A stretch of DNA of 64,000 bases from Bacteroidota bacterium (GTDB lineage: Bacteria > Bacteroidota > Bacteroidia > Flavobacteriales > Flavobacteriaceae): positions 1,892 through 65,891 of the forward strand of contig JAEYTL010000045.1 of NCBI GenBank assembly GCA_023434025.1, in the 5' to 3' direction. Shown one piece after another: positions 1-10,686 of the stretch. Position numbers and translations under genes: made by a program. Within the stretch, counting starts at the first letter, position 1. Each line of letters starts with the position of its first letter. Under the pieces are notes generated by a model. That model was not told the origin of the DNA, did not search any database, and saw only the letters and a program-made list of their open reading frames with translations.

Positions 1-143
1 ACCTGAAATATTTTGTTTGAAAGCGATAAAATGGGAGTGGTTTTTCATCGCTGCAAAGCTATAAAAGGAAATTGGAATTTGGTGGATTTTGGATTTATTC
101 CTTCTTTAAAATCATGTTTTCAAAGAAAAAAATATTCATCTCA

Positions 144-725
144 TTATTTTGTTTTGATAAATTTATTCTTTTCCAAAAGATAAGTTCCGCTTTCAATACA
201 ACTTAGTCCGTCTTCTTTTGTTTTTGAACTTTTGATTGCCAAACGATTATCTTTTAGTTGAAATGTTGCTTTACAAACGGAGCTTTTTCCATCATAACAA
301 TCAAATTCATTAAAACTAAAGAAACTGATATACTGATTTTTAGCAACATCAAATAAACAAATAATTCGATACAAACTTGAACATGTTCCTGAGGGTGAAC
401 GAGAAAATTCAATACTTATAAAACGATTGTTTTCTTCGGTTACAGTAGTTAGATGAGTATTTGGTCCGAAATGAAGCGATAGTTCAAAATCATAAATGAG
501 CCATTTCTCTTTTTCTTTTTTCACAAAAAACAGTCCTTCATTTTCTTTATATGTTTTAGTGAAGAAAAAATCTGCATTAGATAAATGATCAACTTTTACC
601 AATTTTTTTACTTCGTCAGCAGAAACGTTTTCTACGAATTTTACCGGATTAAATTCAAGTATGTCATTTTGACTCCGGGAAGTTGAACTTATCAGAAATG
701 TAATTAGTACTAAAACAATTTTCAT
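144..725 (-). CDS. hypothetical secreted protein (N-terminal signal peptide)
   Basis: 193-aa ORF with a hydrophobic N-terminus (MKIVLVLITFLISSTSRSQ). No competing ORF. No family recognised. Confidence 0.6.
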   Translation of the reverse strand: MKIVLVLITFLISSTSRSQNDILEFNPVKFVENVSADEVKKLVKVDHLSNADFFFTKTYKENEGLFFVKKEKEKWLIYDFELSLHFGPNTHLTTVTEENNRFISIEFSRSPSGTCSSLYRIICLFDVAKNQYISFFSFNEFDCYDGKSSVCKATFQLKDNRLAIKSSKTKEDGLSCIESGTYLLEKNKFIKTK

Positions 726-798
726 AGGTTGTTTTAATTATGCTGGTTTAAAATGGTTTAGATGGAATGATTTACAAGTTAAAATCAAAAACATTAAT

Positions 799-2427
799 TT
801 ATACCTGAATCACCCCCAAATTAAATTTCTTTTCAATCGGGGCATGGTTAGCGGCTTCAATCCCCATCGAGATCCAGGTTCGGGTTTCCAGCGGGTCAAT
901 GATGGCGTCTGTCCATAAACGGGAAGCAGCGTAGTAGGGGGAAACCTGCTCGTCGTAACGGGCTTTGATTTTATCGAATAATTCTTTTTCTTTGGCTTCG
1001 TCCACCACTTCACCTTTGGCTTTCAGAGAAGAAGCTTCTATCTGCATCAGTACTTTAGCGGCTTGTGTGCCACCCATTACGGCTAATTCGGCACTCGGCC
1101 AGGCAAAGATCAAACGGGGGTCGTATGCTTTTCCGCACATGGCATAATTCCCGGCTCCGTAGGAATTGCCGATCACCACCGTGAATTTCGGTACCACCGA
1201 ATTAGAAACCGCATTGACCATTTTGGCTCCGTCTTTAATAATGCCGCCATGTTCCGATTTGCTTCCCACCATAAACCCGGTAACATCCTGCAGAAAAACC
1301 AACGGAATTTTCTTCTGATTGCAATTCGCAATAAAACGGGTTGCTTTGTCTGCCGAATCAGAATAAATCACCCCGCCAAACTGAATTTCACCTTTTTTGG
1401 TTTTGGAAACCGTACGCTGATTGGCCACAATTCCCACTGCCCAACCGTCAATGCGGGCATAGCAGGTAATGATGGATTGCCCGTAACCGTCCTTATATAA
1501 ATCCATTTCAGAATTATCCACCAGACGTTTGATGACTTCCATCATATCGTACTGATCAGACCTGGATTTCGGGATAATACCGTAAACATCCGCTTCTTTC
1601 AATGCCGGCTTTTCCGCTTTGATACGATTGAAGCCTGCTTTGTCGTAATCTCCAATTTTACTGACAATGCTTTTTATTCTATCCAACGCATCTTTATCAT
1701 TTTTGGCTTTGTAGTCCGTTACCCCCGATATTTCGCAGTGCGTTGTGGCTCCACCCAGGGTTTCGTTATCTATATTTTCGCCGATAGCGGCTTTCACCAA
1801 ATAGCTCCCGGCCAAAAAGATACTGCCGGTTTTATCGACAATCATGGCTTCGTCACTCATAATCGGCAGGTAGGCACCACCGGCTACACAACTACCCATA
1901 ACAGCAGCAATCTGGGTGATGCCCATACTGCTCATCACGGCATTGTTTCTGAAAATACGTCCGAAATGTTCTTTATCCGGAAAAATTTCGTCCTGCATCG
2001 GCAGGTAAACCCCGGCACTGTCTACCAGGTAAATGATCGGCAAACGGTTTTCAATGGCAATTTCCTGAGCCCGCAGGTTTTTCTTTCCGGTAATCGGAAA
2101 CCAGGCTCCGGCTTTTACAGTAGCATCATTGGCCACCACGATGCATTGTTTTCCTTTGATGTAGCCTATTTTTACGACCACACCTCCGGAGGGGCAACCG
2201 CCGTGTGCGGCATACATTCCTTCTCCGGCAAAAGCACCGATTTCTATACTTTTGGCTTTATCATCCAACAAATAATCAATGCGTTCCCGGGCTGTCATTT
2301 TTCCTTCGGCATGTAGTTTTTCAATTCTTTTTTCGCCGCCTCCCAATTTAACAAGGGTAAAACGTCTTTTTAATTCGGCTAACAACAGTTTATTGTGATC
2401 TTCGTTTTTGTTGAAGTTTAAATCCAT
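799..2427 (-). CDS. acyl-CoA carboxylase carboxyltransferase (beta) subunit, MccB/PccB-like
   Basis: 542 aa. N-terminus GGGEKRIEKLHAEGKMTARERIDYLLDD and two carboxyltransferase halves (VVANDATVKAGAW, FLQDVTGFMVG) are typical of methylcrotonyl-/propionyl-CoA carboxylase beta chains. Confidence 0.9.
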   Translation of the reverse strand: MDLNFNKNEDHNKLLLAELKRRFTLVKLGGGEKRIEKLHAEGKMTARERIDYLLDDKAKSIEIGAFAGEGMYAAHGGCPSGGVVVKIGYIKGKQCIVVANDATVKAGAWFPITGKKNLRAQEIAIENRLPIIYLVDSAGVYLPMQDEIFPDKEHFGRIFRNNAVMSSMGITQIAAVMGSCVAGGAYLPIMSDEAMIVDKTGSIFLAGSYLVKAAIGENIDNETLGGATTHCEISGVTDYKAKNDKDALDRIKSIVSKIGDYDKAGFNRIKAEKPALKEADVYGIIPKSRSDQYDMMEVIKRLVDNSEMDLYKDGYGQSIITCYARIDGWAVGIVANQRTVSKTKKGEIQFGGVIYSDSADKATRFIANCNQKKIPLVFLQDVTGFMVGSKSEHGGIIKDGAKMVNAVSNSVVPKFTVVIGNSYGAGNYAMCGKAYDPRLIFAWPSAELAVMGGTQAAKVLMQIEASSLKAKGEVVDEAKEKELFDKIKARYDEQVSPYYAASRLWTDAIIDPLETRTWISMGIEAANHAPIEKKFNLGVIQV

Positions 2428-2649
2428 TGGAGTATTTTTTTGTATTCGGACGCTAAAATACGAAAACGTTTTAGAAGTTGGAAATTTGTTGAGGTAGATG
2501 GGAAGTTAGGAGGTTTTTAGTTTGAAAATAACGTATGATTAAGGGTTTAAAATTATATAAGTCATAATTTTTAACTGTTAAAATTGTGATATATCAATTT
2601 TGTGCTATCATTTGCAAAAAATGTGCTATTTTAAAAAAGAGGTTAGAAC

Positions 2650-2657
2650 TATTTTTG
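2650..2657 (+). promoter_or_regulatory. candidate Bacteroidota -7 promoter box (TATTTTTG)
   Basis: Matches TAnnTTTG, 23 nt upstream of the aldehyde dehydrogenase ATG. I found no well-spaced -33 TTTG. Confidence 0.3.
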
Positions 2658-2679
2658 AGTAAACCAAAAAAGTAAAATT

Positions 2680-4182
2680 ATGAGTTTAATTGAAAGACCG
2701 CATTTAAAAGAAAAGTACGATAACTACATCAACGGAAAATGGACAGCACCTTCTACCGGGCAATACTTTGAAGTATTATCGCCTGTTGACGGGAAATTAA
2801 TGGCCAAAGCGGCACATTCTGCCAAAATGGATATTGAAATGGCTGTGAATGCTGCTCATGAGGCTTTTAAGAGCTGGGGACAAACGTCTGCCACCGAACG
2901 AAGTATTATTTTGAATAAAATAGCCGACCGCATGGAAGCGAATTTACAGTATTTAGCGGCTGTAGAAACGCTGGATAACGGTAAGGCTATCAGAGAAACC
3001 ATGGCGGCTGATTTGCCTCTGGCCATTGATCATTTCCGCTATTTTGCCGGAGTAATCCGGGCCGAAGAAGGTTCGATAAGCGAACTGGACAAAGATACAG
3101 TTTCAATTATTGTGCACGAGCCGATCGGGGTGGTTGCTCAGATAATCCCCTGGAATTTCCCTATTTTAATGGCTGTATGGAAATTAGCACCTGCTTTGGC
3201 CGCCGGGAATTGTGTGGTGCTGAAACCGGCCGAAAGCACTCCGGTTTCGATAATGGTGTTGATGGAGCTGATCGAAGATTTGCTTCCGGCCGGCGTTGTG
3301 AATATTGTCAACGGTTTTGGAGCCGAATTGGGCAGAACCCTGGTCACGAATCCGAAAGTGTCCAAAGCAGCTTTTACCGGTTCTACGGCTACCGGAAGAA
3401 TGGTCATGCAGTATGCTACGGAAAATATCATTCCGGTTACGTTGGAATTGGGAGGTAAATCACCGAATATTTTCTTTCCGTCGGTTATGGATGCCGATGA
3501 CGAATTTTTAGATAAGGCTCTGGAGGGAGTTGTCCTCTTTGCCCTGAATCAGGGTGAAGTTTGTACCTGTCCGTCAAGACTGTTGATCCACGAGTCCATT
3601 TATGATAAATTCATTGAAAGAGTCCTGGAACGTGTAAAAGCCGTTAAAACGGGAAACCCTTTTGATCCCACGGTCATGATGGGTGCACAGGCTTCGCAGA
3701 TCCAAAAAGATAAAATTCTTTCCTACATTAAATTAGGAAAAGAAGAAGGAGCTGAATTACTGTGCGGAGGTGATGTGAATCATTTGGGCGGAGAATTGGA
3801 AGGCGGTTATTATATTCAGCCTACTCTGTTCAAAGGTCACAACAAGATGCGGATCTTTCAGGAGGAAATCTTCGGACCGGTATTGGCTGTAACGACCTTT
3901 AAATCTACCGAAGAAGCTATTGCCATTGCCAACGATACGATGTATGGATTAGGAGCAGGAGTTTGGACGCGTGACGCACACGAGCTGTATCAGGTGCCCA
4001 GAGCCATTCAGGCAGGCAGGGTTTGGGTGAACCAATACCATGCCTATCCGGCCGGAGCACCGTTCGGAGGCTATAAACAGTCCGGAATCGGCCGGGAAAA
4101 CCATAAAATGATGTTGGGACATTACCGTCAAAGTAAAAATATGCTGATTTCCTACAACAAAAATAAATTAGGTTTCTTTTAA
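2680..4182 (+). CDS. NAD(P)+-dependent aldehyde dehydrogenase (AcoD/AldB-like)
   Basis: 500 aa. Contains ALDH motifs [15 protein letters not shown] (catalytic Glu region), EVCTCPSR (catalytic Cys) and EEIFGPV. Confidence 0.92.
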   Translation: MSLIERPHLKEKYDNYINGKWTAPSTGQYFEVLSPVDGKLMAKAAHSAKMDIEMAVNAAHEAFKSWGQTSATERSIILNKIADRMEANLQYLAAVETLDNGKAIRETMAADLPLAIDHFRYFAGVIRAEEGSISELDKDTVSIIVHEPIGVVAQIIPWNFPILMAVWKLAPALAAGNCVVLKPAESTPVSIMVLMELIEDLLPAGVVNIVNGFGAELGRTLVTNPKVSKAAFTGSTATGRMVMQYATENIIPVTLELGGKSPNIFFPSVMDADDEFLDKALEGVVLFALNQGEVCTCPSRLLIHESIYDKFIERVLERVKAVKTGNPFDPTVMMGAQASQIQKDKILSYIKLGKEEGAELLCGGDVNHLGGELEGGYYIQPTLFKGHNKMRIFQEEIFGPVLAVTTFKSTEEAIAIANDTMYGLGAGVWTRDAHELYQVPRAIQAGRVWVNQYHAYPAGAPFGGYKQSGIGRENHKMMLGHYRQSKNMLISYNKNKLGFF

Positions 4183-4202
4183 TTGTTTGGTTGAACCGGG
4201 TG

Positions 4203-4251
4203 AACCGCAAATTCACAAATGATTACATTTGAAGGATTTGCGGTTTTTTTT
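4203..4251 (+). terminator. hairpin plus T-run between the aldehyde dehydrogenase and DUF779 genes (terminator or attenuator)
   Basis: AACCGCAAAT (4203-4212) pairs with ATTTGCGGTT (4236-4245), followed by a T-run to 4251. The 23-nt loop is long. Confidence 0.45.
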
Positions 4252-4256
4252 GATGG

Positions 4257-4664
4257 ATGAGCAGTAAGTTAAATCATAAGGATATGGAAAAAATAAAGCG
4301 ACTGGAAGCCACTGAAAAGGCGTTGGATCTGATTGCAATGCTGCAGGAAAAGTTTGGAGACCTGATGTTTTACCAAGCGGGCGGATGCTGTGAAGGCACA
4401 CAGCCACAGTGTTTTGAAAAAGGTGGTTTTTACCTGCGTTATGGCGATGTTTGTATCGGGACGGTTCGGGGGGCTGAATTTTGGGTGGACAAGGATTTGT
4501 TTGAATATTGGAAACACGCTCATTTTACCTTAGATGTCACCGATTGGATAGGAGCGGGTGGCTTTTCGCTGGAAACTCCTTTCGGAAAAACGTTTAAAAT
4601 CAATTACCGGTTGTTTACGGAAGAAGAAGCTGCCTGCCTTGAAGAGATCAGACGAAACGAATAA
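4257..4664 (+). CDS. DUF779 family protein
   Basis: 135 aa with the MFYQAGGCCEGTQPQCF motif typical of DUF779. Sits directly downstream of an aldehyde dehydrogenase, the usual genomic partner. The true start may be the ATG at 4284 (MEKIKRLE), since 4257 lies only 6 nt after the T-run. Confidence 0.8.
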   Translation: MSSKLNHKDMEKIKRLEATEKALDLIAMLQEKFGDLMFYQAGGCCEGTQPQCFEKGGFYLRYGDVCIGTVRGAEFWVDKDLFEYWKHAHFTLDVTDWIGAGGFSLETPFGKTFKINYRLFTEEEAACLEEIRRNE

Positions 4665-4672
4665 CGGAATCA

Positions 4673-5599
4673 TTAACCGTTTACATTCATCAGTTGGTAT
4701 TGTTTGGGGGTTACCCCTTCGTATTTTTTAAACACACGGATAAAGTAATTGGCGTCTTCAAAGCCTGTAGCATAAGACACCTCAGAAATATTTATTTTGG
4801 GGTTGTTCAGCAGATTTTTAGCGAACTTTATCTTTTCATTTAAAATGAATTCGATCGGACTCATTCCCAATTCCCGTTTAAAATACCGGTAAAAAGAGGT
4901 GGTACTCATACAGGCTTTATCACTCAGTTCTTTCAGGCTGACCGGGTTTTGAATATTCTGGCGGATGTATTCCACCGCAACGGCAATCGGACTGTTATAA
5001 TCTGAGAACTGATTATGATCAATCGCTTTGACGGTTTGCGACTGAATGATTCGTACCAGTAATTCCTGTAAGGTTAAATCGGCCAGAGCATCTTTGGTTA
5101 TCGACGTACTCATGCATTCCTTGATGAGTTTGTTGATGGTAGTGGCCAGTTCCAGGTTGTTGTAAAAAAAATAATTTTCATAATCCAGTTTCCAGAATTG
5201 CCCGTCACCTTCTTTGGGATAACGCTCGTTTAAAAAATCCAGTGTTTCTTTAATTTTGAACTGATCGATGGCTAAGGCCAGGCATTGAGTGGGATTCTGC
5301 TGGGTAGCTTCCGGAAAATCAATTTTCATCTCTACGTTAGAAGGGATGATGACTGTTTCGCCCGGCAGATAATCAAATTCAGGGTCTTCAAAAAGATGCA
5401 TTACTTTTTTACCCCGCAACATACTGGTTACTACCAGGTCATTAAATTTCAACGGAACTTTTATACTTTGCTGATATGTTTCAAATAAATTTAACTCACA
5501 GTTATTCAAAGAATAAACGGTTCTGTTCTCCACTAACGTTTTAAGTGATTTTTCATGTGTTAAAGCCGGAGTTTGAAGCGAAACTTTGGAAGGGTTCAT
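4673..5599 (-). CDS. AraC family transcriptional regulator
   Basis: 308 aa. The C-terminal double HTH (LKELSDKACMSTTSFYRYFKRELGMSPIEF ... ISEVSYATGFEDANYFIRVFKKYEGVTPKQY) is canonical AraC/XylS. The N-terminus is a cupin-like sensor region. Confidence 0.88.
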   Translation of the reverse strand: MNPSKVSLQTPALTHEKSLKTLVENRTVYSLNNCELNLFETYQQSIKVPLKFNDLVVTSMLRGKKVMHLFEDPEFDYLPGETVIIPSNVEMKIDFPEATQQNPTQCLALAIDQFKIKETLDFLNERYPKEGDGQFWKLDYENYFFYNNLELATTINKLIKECMSTSITKDALADLTLQELLVRIIQSQTVKAIDHNQFSDYNSPIAVAVEYIRQNIQNPVSLKELSDKACMSTTSFYRYFKRELGMSPIEFILNEKIKFAKNLLNNPKINISEVSYATGFEDANYFIRVFKKYEGVTPKQYQLMNVNG

Positions 5600-5691
5600 G
5601 TTGAATTATTTGTTTAAAAATACTAAAAAAATATTCAAAGGCGGCAGGGTTTCTGATTTTTTTAACTTGGTTCCCGTTTATAAAAAAAAGC

Positions 5692-5722
5692 TTGCCAATG
5701 ACGACAAGCTTTCTCAGTTTAA
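5692..5722 (-). terminator. rho-independent terminator of prfB
   Basis: The minus strand reads AAAGCTTGTC-loop-GGCAAGCTTT followed by TTTTTTTT, immediately after the prfB stop at 5733. Confidence 0.6.
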
Positions 5723-5732
5723 GTTAAAACGT

Positions 5733-6828
5733 TTATTCTTCTTTTTGTCCCATCATCATCAGGTAAGCTTTAAGGAACGGGTCAATTTCACCATTCATTA
5801 CGCTTTCTACGTCGCTGGTTTCGTGGTTGGTTCTTACGTCTTTAACCAGTTTATACGGATGCATCACATAGTTCCGGATTTGCGAACCCCATTCAATTTT
5901 CATTTTTCCGGCTTCGATGTCGGCCCGTTGAGCCATACGTTTTTTGAGTTCGATCTCATAAAGCTGCGAACGGAGCATTTGCATGGCACGAACACGGTTG
6001 TCCTGTTGCGAACGGGTTTCTGAACATTGAATCTGAATACCGGTAGGTTTGTGAAACAGCTGAACCTTTGTTTCAACTTTATTCACATTCTGTCCACCTG
6101 CACCACTCGAACGGGACGTGATGATTTCCAGATCGGCCGGATTGATTTCAATCTCAATCGTGTCATCCACCAACGGATATACATAAACCGAAGCAAAAGA
6201 CGTATGCCGTTTGGCATTGCTGTCAAACGGGGAAATCCGCACCAAACGATGCACACCGTTTTCACCTTTCAGGTAACCAAAGGCATAATCACCTTCAATT
6301 TCGAGAGTGACGGTTTTTATTCCGGCAACGTCGCCTTCCTGAAAGTTGAGTTCTTTTACTTTGTAGCCTTCTTTTTCGGCCCACATCAGATACATGCGCA
6401 TCAGCATCGAAGCCCAGTCACAACTTTCCGTACCACCGGCTCCGGCAGTAATCTGTAACACGGCACTCATGCTGTCTCCTTCTTCGGAAAGCATGTTTTT
6501 GAACTCCAAGTTTTCAATTAAGGCACTGGTTTGTTCAAAAACAGTATCCACTTCTTCCTCGGTGGCGTCACCGTCTTTGTAGAATTCGAAAACAAGCTGA
6601 AGTTCTTCGGCCAGGCCGACCCCTTTTTGATAATCTTCTACCCATTTTTTCTTTGAACGGAGATCACGGACCACGATTTCAGCTTCTTTGGGATTGTTCC
6701 AGAAATCCGGATCAAAGGTTTTCTCTTCTTCGTTGGTAATTTCAATTAACTTCTTATCGATGTCAAAGATACCTCCTCAACGCACCAAGACGTTCTACAA
6801 TACCTTTAATTTGTTCGGTATTTGTCAT
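5733..6828 (-). CDS. prfB: peptide chain release factor 2, expressed through a programmed +1 ribosomal frameshift
   Basis: Frame 0 encodes [21 protein letters not shown] then TGA (stop at 6763-6765). The +1 frame continues [24 protein letters not shown]... into the 313-aa tracked ORF, which carries SPF and GGQ motifs ([18 protein letters not shown]). Total length is 1096 nt, which is 3n+1. Confidence 0.93.
6762..6777 (-). promoter_or_regulatory. RF2 autoregulatory frameshift site (AGGAGG TAT CTT TGA C)
   Basis: The minus strand reads AGG AGG TAT CTT TGA C: an SD-like stimulator, 3-nt spacer, CTT slippery codon and an in-frame TGA followed by C. It is identical in layout to the E. coli prfB site. 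Confidence 0.9.
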
Positions 6829-6961
6829 AATTATTGTAGTTTTGTTTTGGCAAAGGTAGGGACAAGTCGTGATTTGTCCTAATGTGTAGTTTAATAATTT
6901 GTCAAACCACATAGAGACAGGTAGCGGCCAGCTCCGGCAGAAAAAATAAAAATAAAAAACA

Positions 6962-7987
6962 ATGGAAATCAATTTAGTAAGCGATACAGTCACCAAACCA
7001 ACCCCTGATATGCTGAGGGCAATGTTTACCGCCAAAGTAGGGGATGATGTGTTTAAACAAGATCCGGCTGTCAACGAATTAGAGGCTTACACAGCTGCTT
7101 TTTTCGGGATGGATAAGGCTTTGTTCTTTCCGTCAGGAACCATGGCTAACCAGACAGCCATCAAATTGCATACACAGCCGGGCGAGCAGTTGATCGCTGA
7201 TAAATATGCCCATATTTTTAATTATGAAGGGGGCGGAGTGTCTTTTAACAGCGGTGTTTCCTGTAGGTTGCTGGATGGAAACAGAGGGATGATCACCGCT
7301 CAACAAGTGGAAGAAGCTATTAATCCGCCGGATTTTTACCACAGTCCGTTAACCACTTTGGTTGCCCTGGAGAATACAACCAACAAAGGAGGTGGTGCGT
7401 GTTATGATATGGATGACCTGATTGAAATAAAAAAGGTCTGTGATCAGCACGGGTTAAAATACCATTTAGACGGTGCCCGTTTATGGAATGCTCTGATGGC
7501 TAAAAACCAGGATCCGTTACAGTACGGAAGGCTGTTTGATACTATTTCCGTTTGTTTTTCAAAAGGAATGGGAGCTCCGGTTGGTTCAGTGTTGCTGATG
7601 AATGAATGTGATTACCAGAAAGCATTGCGGATCAGAAAAGTGCTGGGCGGAGGAATGCGTCAGGCAGGCTATCTGGCTGCGGCGGCCATCTTTGCATTGG
7701 AACACAACATTGAGCGGCTGACAGAAGACCACCGGAGAGCAAAAGAATTGGGCAATGCACTTATCAAAGCCGACTGGGTGCAATCAGTAGAACCGGTAGA
7801 AACCAATATTGTAATCTTCTCTGTGAAATCAACTATCCGGGATGCTGAAGTTATTGAAAAATTAAAACAAAAAAATATTGCCATCAGCTCTTTAGGTAAA
7901 GGAAAACTGCGTATGGTTACCCATTTAGACTACAAAGAAGTAATGCATACTTATGTGTTAGAAGCGATAGCAAAGATGGTTTTTTAG
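6962..7987 (+). CDS. ltaE: low-specificity L-threonine aldolase (PLP-dependent)
   Basis: 341 aa. SDTVTKPTPDMLRAM, GDDVFKQDP, FPSGTMANQ and CFSKGMGAPVGS (PLP lysine region) match the beta-eliminating lyase/threonine aldolase family. Confidence 0.85.
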   Translation: MEINLVSDTVTKPTPDMLRAMFTAKVGDDVFKQDPAVNELEAYTAAFFGMDKALFFPSGTMANQTAIKLHTQPGEQLIADKYAHIFNYEGGGVSFNSGVSCRLLDGNRGMITAQQVEEAINPPDFYHSPLTTLVALENTTNKGGGACYDMDDLIEIKKVCDQHGLKYHLDGARLWNALMAKNQDPLQYGRLFDTISVCFSKGMGAPVGSVLLMNECDYQKALRIRKVLGGGMRQAGYLAAAAIFALEHNIERLTEDHRRAKELGNALIKADWVQSVEPVETNIVIFSVKSTIRDAEVIEKLKQKNIAISSLGKGKLRMVTHLDYKEVMHTYVLEAIAKMVF

Positions 7988-8040
7988 TTGCCACAGTTTA
8001 TGGTTGAAAAACGGTTTCTGCACCGGATTTCTTTTCAGCA

Positions 8041-8084
8041 GTATCTTTTTGTGGCAACCCAAACTGGTTGCCACAAAAAGATAC
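8041..8084. terminator. 18-bp perfect hairpin between convergent genes (bidirectional terminator candidate)
   Basis: GTATCTTTTTGTGGCAAC (8041-8058), loop CCAAACTG, GTTGCCACAAAAAGATAC (8067-8084). It lies between ltaE (+) and ybaB (-). Confidence 0.6.
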
Positions 8085-8145
8085 GAAAAGGGTTGACTAA
8101 AGAACCTGTACATTCCCGGCTATAAACCTTCTTTGACAAATAGTT

Positions 8146-8472
8146 TTATCGGCCAAACATATCCATTCCGGGAATGTTTGGCATGCCTTCTTTGGCTACG
8201 GCAGCCAATTCAGTTTCGTTCACGTCGGTTGCTTTGGCAATTGCCTTGTTCATAACCAAAATTAAATAATCCTCCAATTGTTCTTTATCTTCCAGTAAAA
8301 CCGGATCAATTTCGATAGATTTTACGGTGCGATTAGCGGTTAAAGTTACTTTTAAAAGCCCGTCATTGCTCTGTTCATCAATTAAAACAGTATCTAAACG
8401 TTTCTTGGTATCTTCTATTTTTTGTTGGGTTTCTTTTAATTTACCCATCATTCCCATCAGGTCTCCAAACAT
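8146..8472 (-). CDS. ybaB: YbaB/EbfC family nucleoid-associated protein
   Basis: 108 aa. [26 protein letters not shown] ... [20 protein letters not shown] is the conserved YbaB pattern. Confidence 0.9.
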   Translation of the reverse strand: MFGDLMGMMGKLKETQQKIEDTKKRLDTVLIDEQSNDGLLKVTLTANRTVKSIEIDPVLLEDKEQLEDYLILVMNKAIAKATDVNETELAAVAKEGMPNIPGMDMFGR

Positions 8473-8541
8473 GTTGATAATTTTTATAATTTGTAAGTTA
8501 CAAATGTAGTATATTGCATAGTTTTGATTAACTATTTTTTT

Positions 8542-10674
8542 ATGAATTATAAAGTAAGCATAAGTTTTATTTGTGTTATTTTTGCAACCTCTTGCGAAAA
8601 AAAAGAAACACCCATGTCAGATAATATTATACCTCCCGTTGCGGCCAAAAGGGATACCGTTTTGGAAAAGCACGGAGATAAGAGAGTCGATTCGTATTAT
8701 TGGTTAAACGATCGTGAAAATCCGGAGGTCATTCAGTACCTGAAAGATGAAAATACCTATTATCAAAAAATGACGGCTCATACGCAGCCCCTGCAAAAAG
8801 AGTTGTTTGAAGAGATGAAATCACGTATAAAGGAAGATGATGAGTCGGTTCCCTATTTATACAACGGCTACTATTATATTACCCGCTATGAAAAAGGGAA
8901 AGAATATCCGGTTTATGCCCGGAAAAAGGGAAGTCTTGAAGCCAGGGAAGAAGTGCTTTTTGATTGCAATGAAATGGCTAAAGGACAGCCTTATTTTAAA
9001 TTAAGCGGATTAAATATCAGCGAAGACAACAAATTGGCTTCCTTTTCGACGGATTTAGTGGGGAGAAGGATTTATACCCTTCAGGTTAAAAACCTTGAAA
9101 CCGGTGAAATTCTGCCGGATAAGATTGAAAATGTAACCGGATCTGCTGTCTGGGCAAATGACAATAAAACATTGTTTTATACCAGCAAAGATAAAATGAC
9201 ACTGCGTTCTGATAAGATCCATAAGCATGTTTTGGGCACAGATGTAAAAAAAGACGAACTGGTTTTTCATGAAAAAGATGAAACGTTCACGATTTATATT
9301 GCCAAAACAAAATCCAAAAAATTTCTGGTTATTAACAGCAGCAGTACACTAACATCCGAATACCAGATTCTGAATGCTGACAAACCGAATGATCAATTCA
9401 AGGTTTTTCAACCGAGAACAAGAGGCTTGGAATATAGTATTTCACATTACAAGGATCATTTTTATATTGTGACAAACAAAGACAAGGCGACTAATTTTAA
9501 AGTAATGAAAACGCCTGATCATGCCACAACCAAAGAAAACTGGACAGATGTTATTCCGCACAACGAAGATGTTCTGGTAGAAGGAATTGAAATTTTTAAA
9601 AACTACCTGGTAGTTGAAGAGCGGTCTAACGGTTTGAATAAAATCAGAATTATGCCCTGGGATAAAAGCGGTGATTATTATTTGCCGTTTGACATAGAAA
9701 CTTATTCCGCTTTTGTAGGAACCAATGTTGATTTTGATACAGATATCCTGCGGTATGGTTATCAGTCGTTGGCAACACCTTATTCGGTCATCGATTTTAA
9801 TATGAAAACCAGAACCAAGGAAGTAAAAAAGGAACAGGCTGTTTTGGGCGGAAAGTTTGATAAGAACAATTACAGCGAAGAGCGGGTTTGGGCTACAGCT
9901 ACAGACGGTACAAAAATTCCGATTTCGATGGTTTACCGCAAAGAAATGAAAAAAGACGGTAAGAACCCGTTGTTGCTTTATGCGTATGGCTCTTACGGAA
10001 ATTCGATGGAGCCTAATTTTGATTCTACTATTCTAAGCCTTTTAGACCGGGGTTTTGTATATGCGATAGCTCATATAAGAGGCGGAGAAGAAATGGGACG
10101 CAAATGGTATGAAGACGGAAAGCTGTTAAAAAAGAAAAATACGTTTACGGATTTTATTGATTGTTCAAAATTTGTGATTGAGCAGCGGTTTACAAGCTCC
10201 GAACATTTATATGCCCAGGGCGGTTCTGCCGGCGGGTTATTGATGGGAGCTGTTGTGAATATGGCTCCGGAATTATACAAGGGGGTTATAGCCGGTGTTC
10301 CTTTTGTGGATGTGGTAACAACCATGCTGGACGAAACCATACCGTTGACCACCGGAGAATATGACGAATGGGGAAACCCGAATGACAAGGTTTATTACGA
10401 TTACATGAAGTCTTATTCACCCTACGACAATGTTAAAGCCCAGAATTATCCTAATATGCTGGTCACAACGGGTTTACATGATTCACAGGTTCAATATTGG
10501 GAACCTGCTAAATGGGTAGCTAAATTGAGAACGTTAAAAACAGATAAAAATTTATTATTTTTAGATACAAACATGGATGCAGGTCATGGTGGGGCTTCAG
10601 GGCGATTTGAAGCGTTAAAAGAGCTTGCAAAAGAGTTTAGTTTCCTATTAGATTTGGAAGGAATTGAAAAGTAA
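8542..10674 (+). CDS. ptrB: S9A serine peptidase, oligopeptidase B (protease II)-like lipoprotein
   Basis: Contains the prolyl-oligopeptidase N-terminal propeller region plus catalytic [10 protein letters not shown] (Ser) and the C-terminal D/H region (GLHDSQV, DAGHGG). I moved the start to the ATG at 8542 because the tracked start is TTG. Lipobox is FATSC. Confidence 0.86.
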   Translation: MNYKVSISFICVIFATSCEKKETPMSDNIIPPVAAKRDTVLEKHGDKRVDSYYWLNDRENPEVIQYLKDENTYYQKMTAHTQPLQKELFEEMKSRIKEDDESVPYLYNGYYYITRYEKGKEYPVYARKKGSLEAREEVLFDCNEMAKGQPYFKLSGLNISEDNKLASFSTDLVGRRIYTLQVKNLETGEILPDKIENVTGSAVWANDNKTLFYTSKDKMTLRSDKIHKHVLGTDVKKDELVFHEKDETFTIYIAKTKSKKFLVINSSSTLTSEYQILNADKPNDQFKVFQPRTRGLEYSISHYKDHFYIVTNKDKATNFKVMKTPDHATTKENWTDVIPHNEDVLVEGIEIFKNYLVVEERSNGLNKIRIMPWDKSGDYYLPFDIETYSAFVGTNVDFDTDILRYGYQSLATPYSVIDFNMKTRTKEVKKEQAVLGGKFDKNNYSEERVWATATDGTKIPISMVYRKEMKKDGKNPLLLYAYGSYGNSMEPNFDSTILSLLDRGFVYAIAHIRGGEEMGRKWYEDGKLLKKKNTFTDFIDCSKFVIEQRFTSSEHLYAQGGSAGGLLMGAVVNMAPELYKGVIAGVPFVDVVTTMLDETIPLTTGEYDEWGNPNDKVYYDYMKSYSPYDNVKAQNYPNMLVTTGLHDSQVQYWEPAKWVAKLRTLKTDKNLLFLDTNMDAGHGGASGRFEALKELAKEFSFLLDLEGIEK

Positions 10675-10686
10675 AAATTTTTTTTA

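Noticed and set aside
1-49. Possible minus-strand gene start (ATG at 47-49, reading MKNHSHFIAFKQNISG... off the left edge)
   Set aside because: Only 16 codons are visible, which cannot be supported as a feature.
1738-2316. 192-aa plus-strand ORF. Smaller ORFs in the same situation are 810-1013, 965-1147 and 1249-1500.
   Set aside because: It lies entirely antisense to, or overlaps, the well-supported carboxyltransferase gene. The composition is Gly/His/Thr-rich and low in complexity, as expected from reverse-frame translation, and no family signature is present.
5586-6458. 145-aa and 143-aa plus-strand ORFs (5586-6023, 6027-6458)
   Set aside because: They are antisense to prfB and its terminator. 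prfB is unambiguous (GGQ and SPF motifs).
6829-7074. Upstream part of the 103-aa minus-strand ORF at 6763-7074
   Set aside because: Only the last 21 codons (from the ATG at 6828) belong to prfB. The upstream part overlaps the divergent ltaE start region and has no coding signature.
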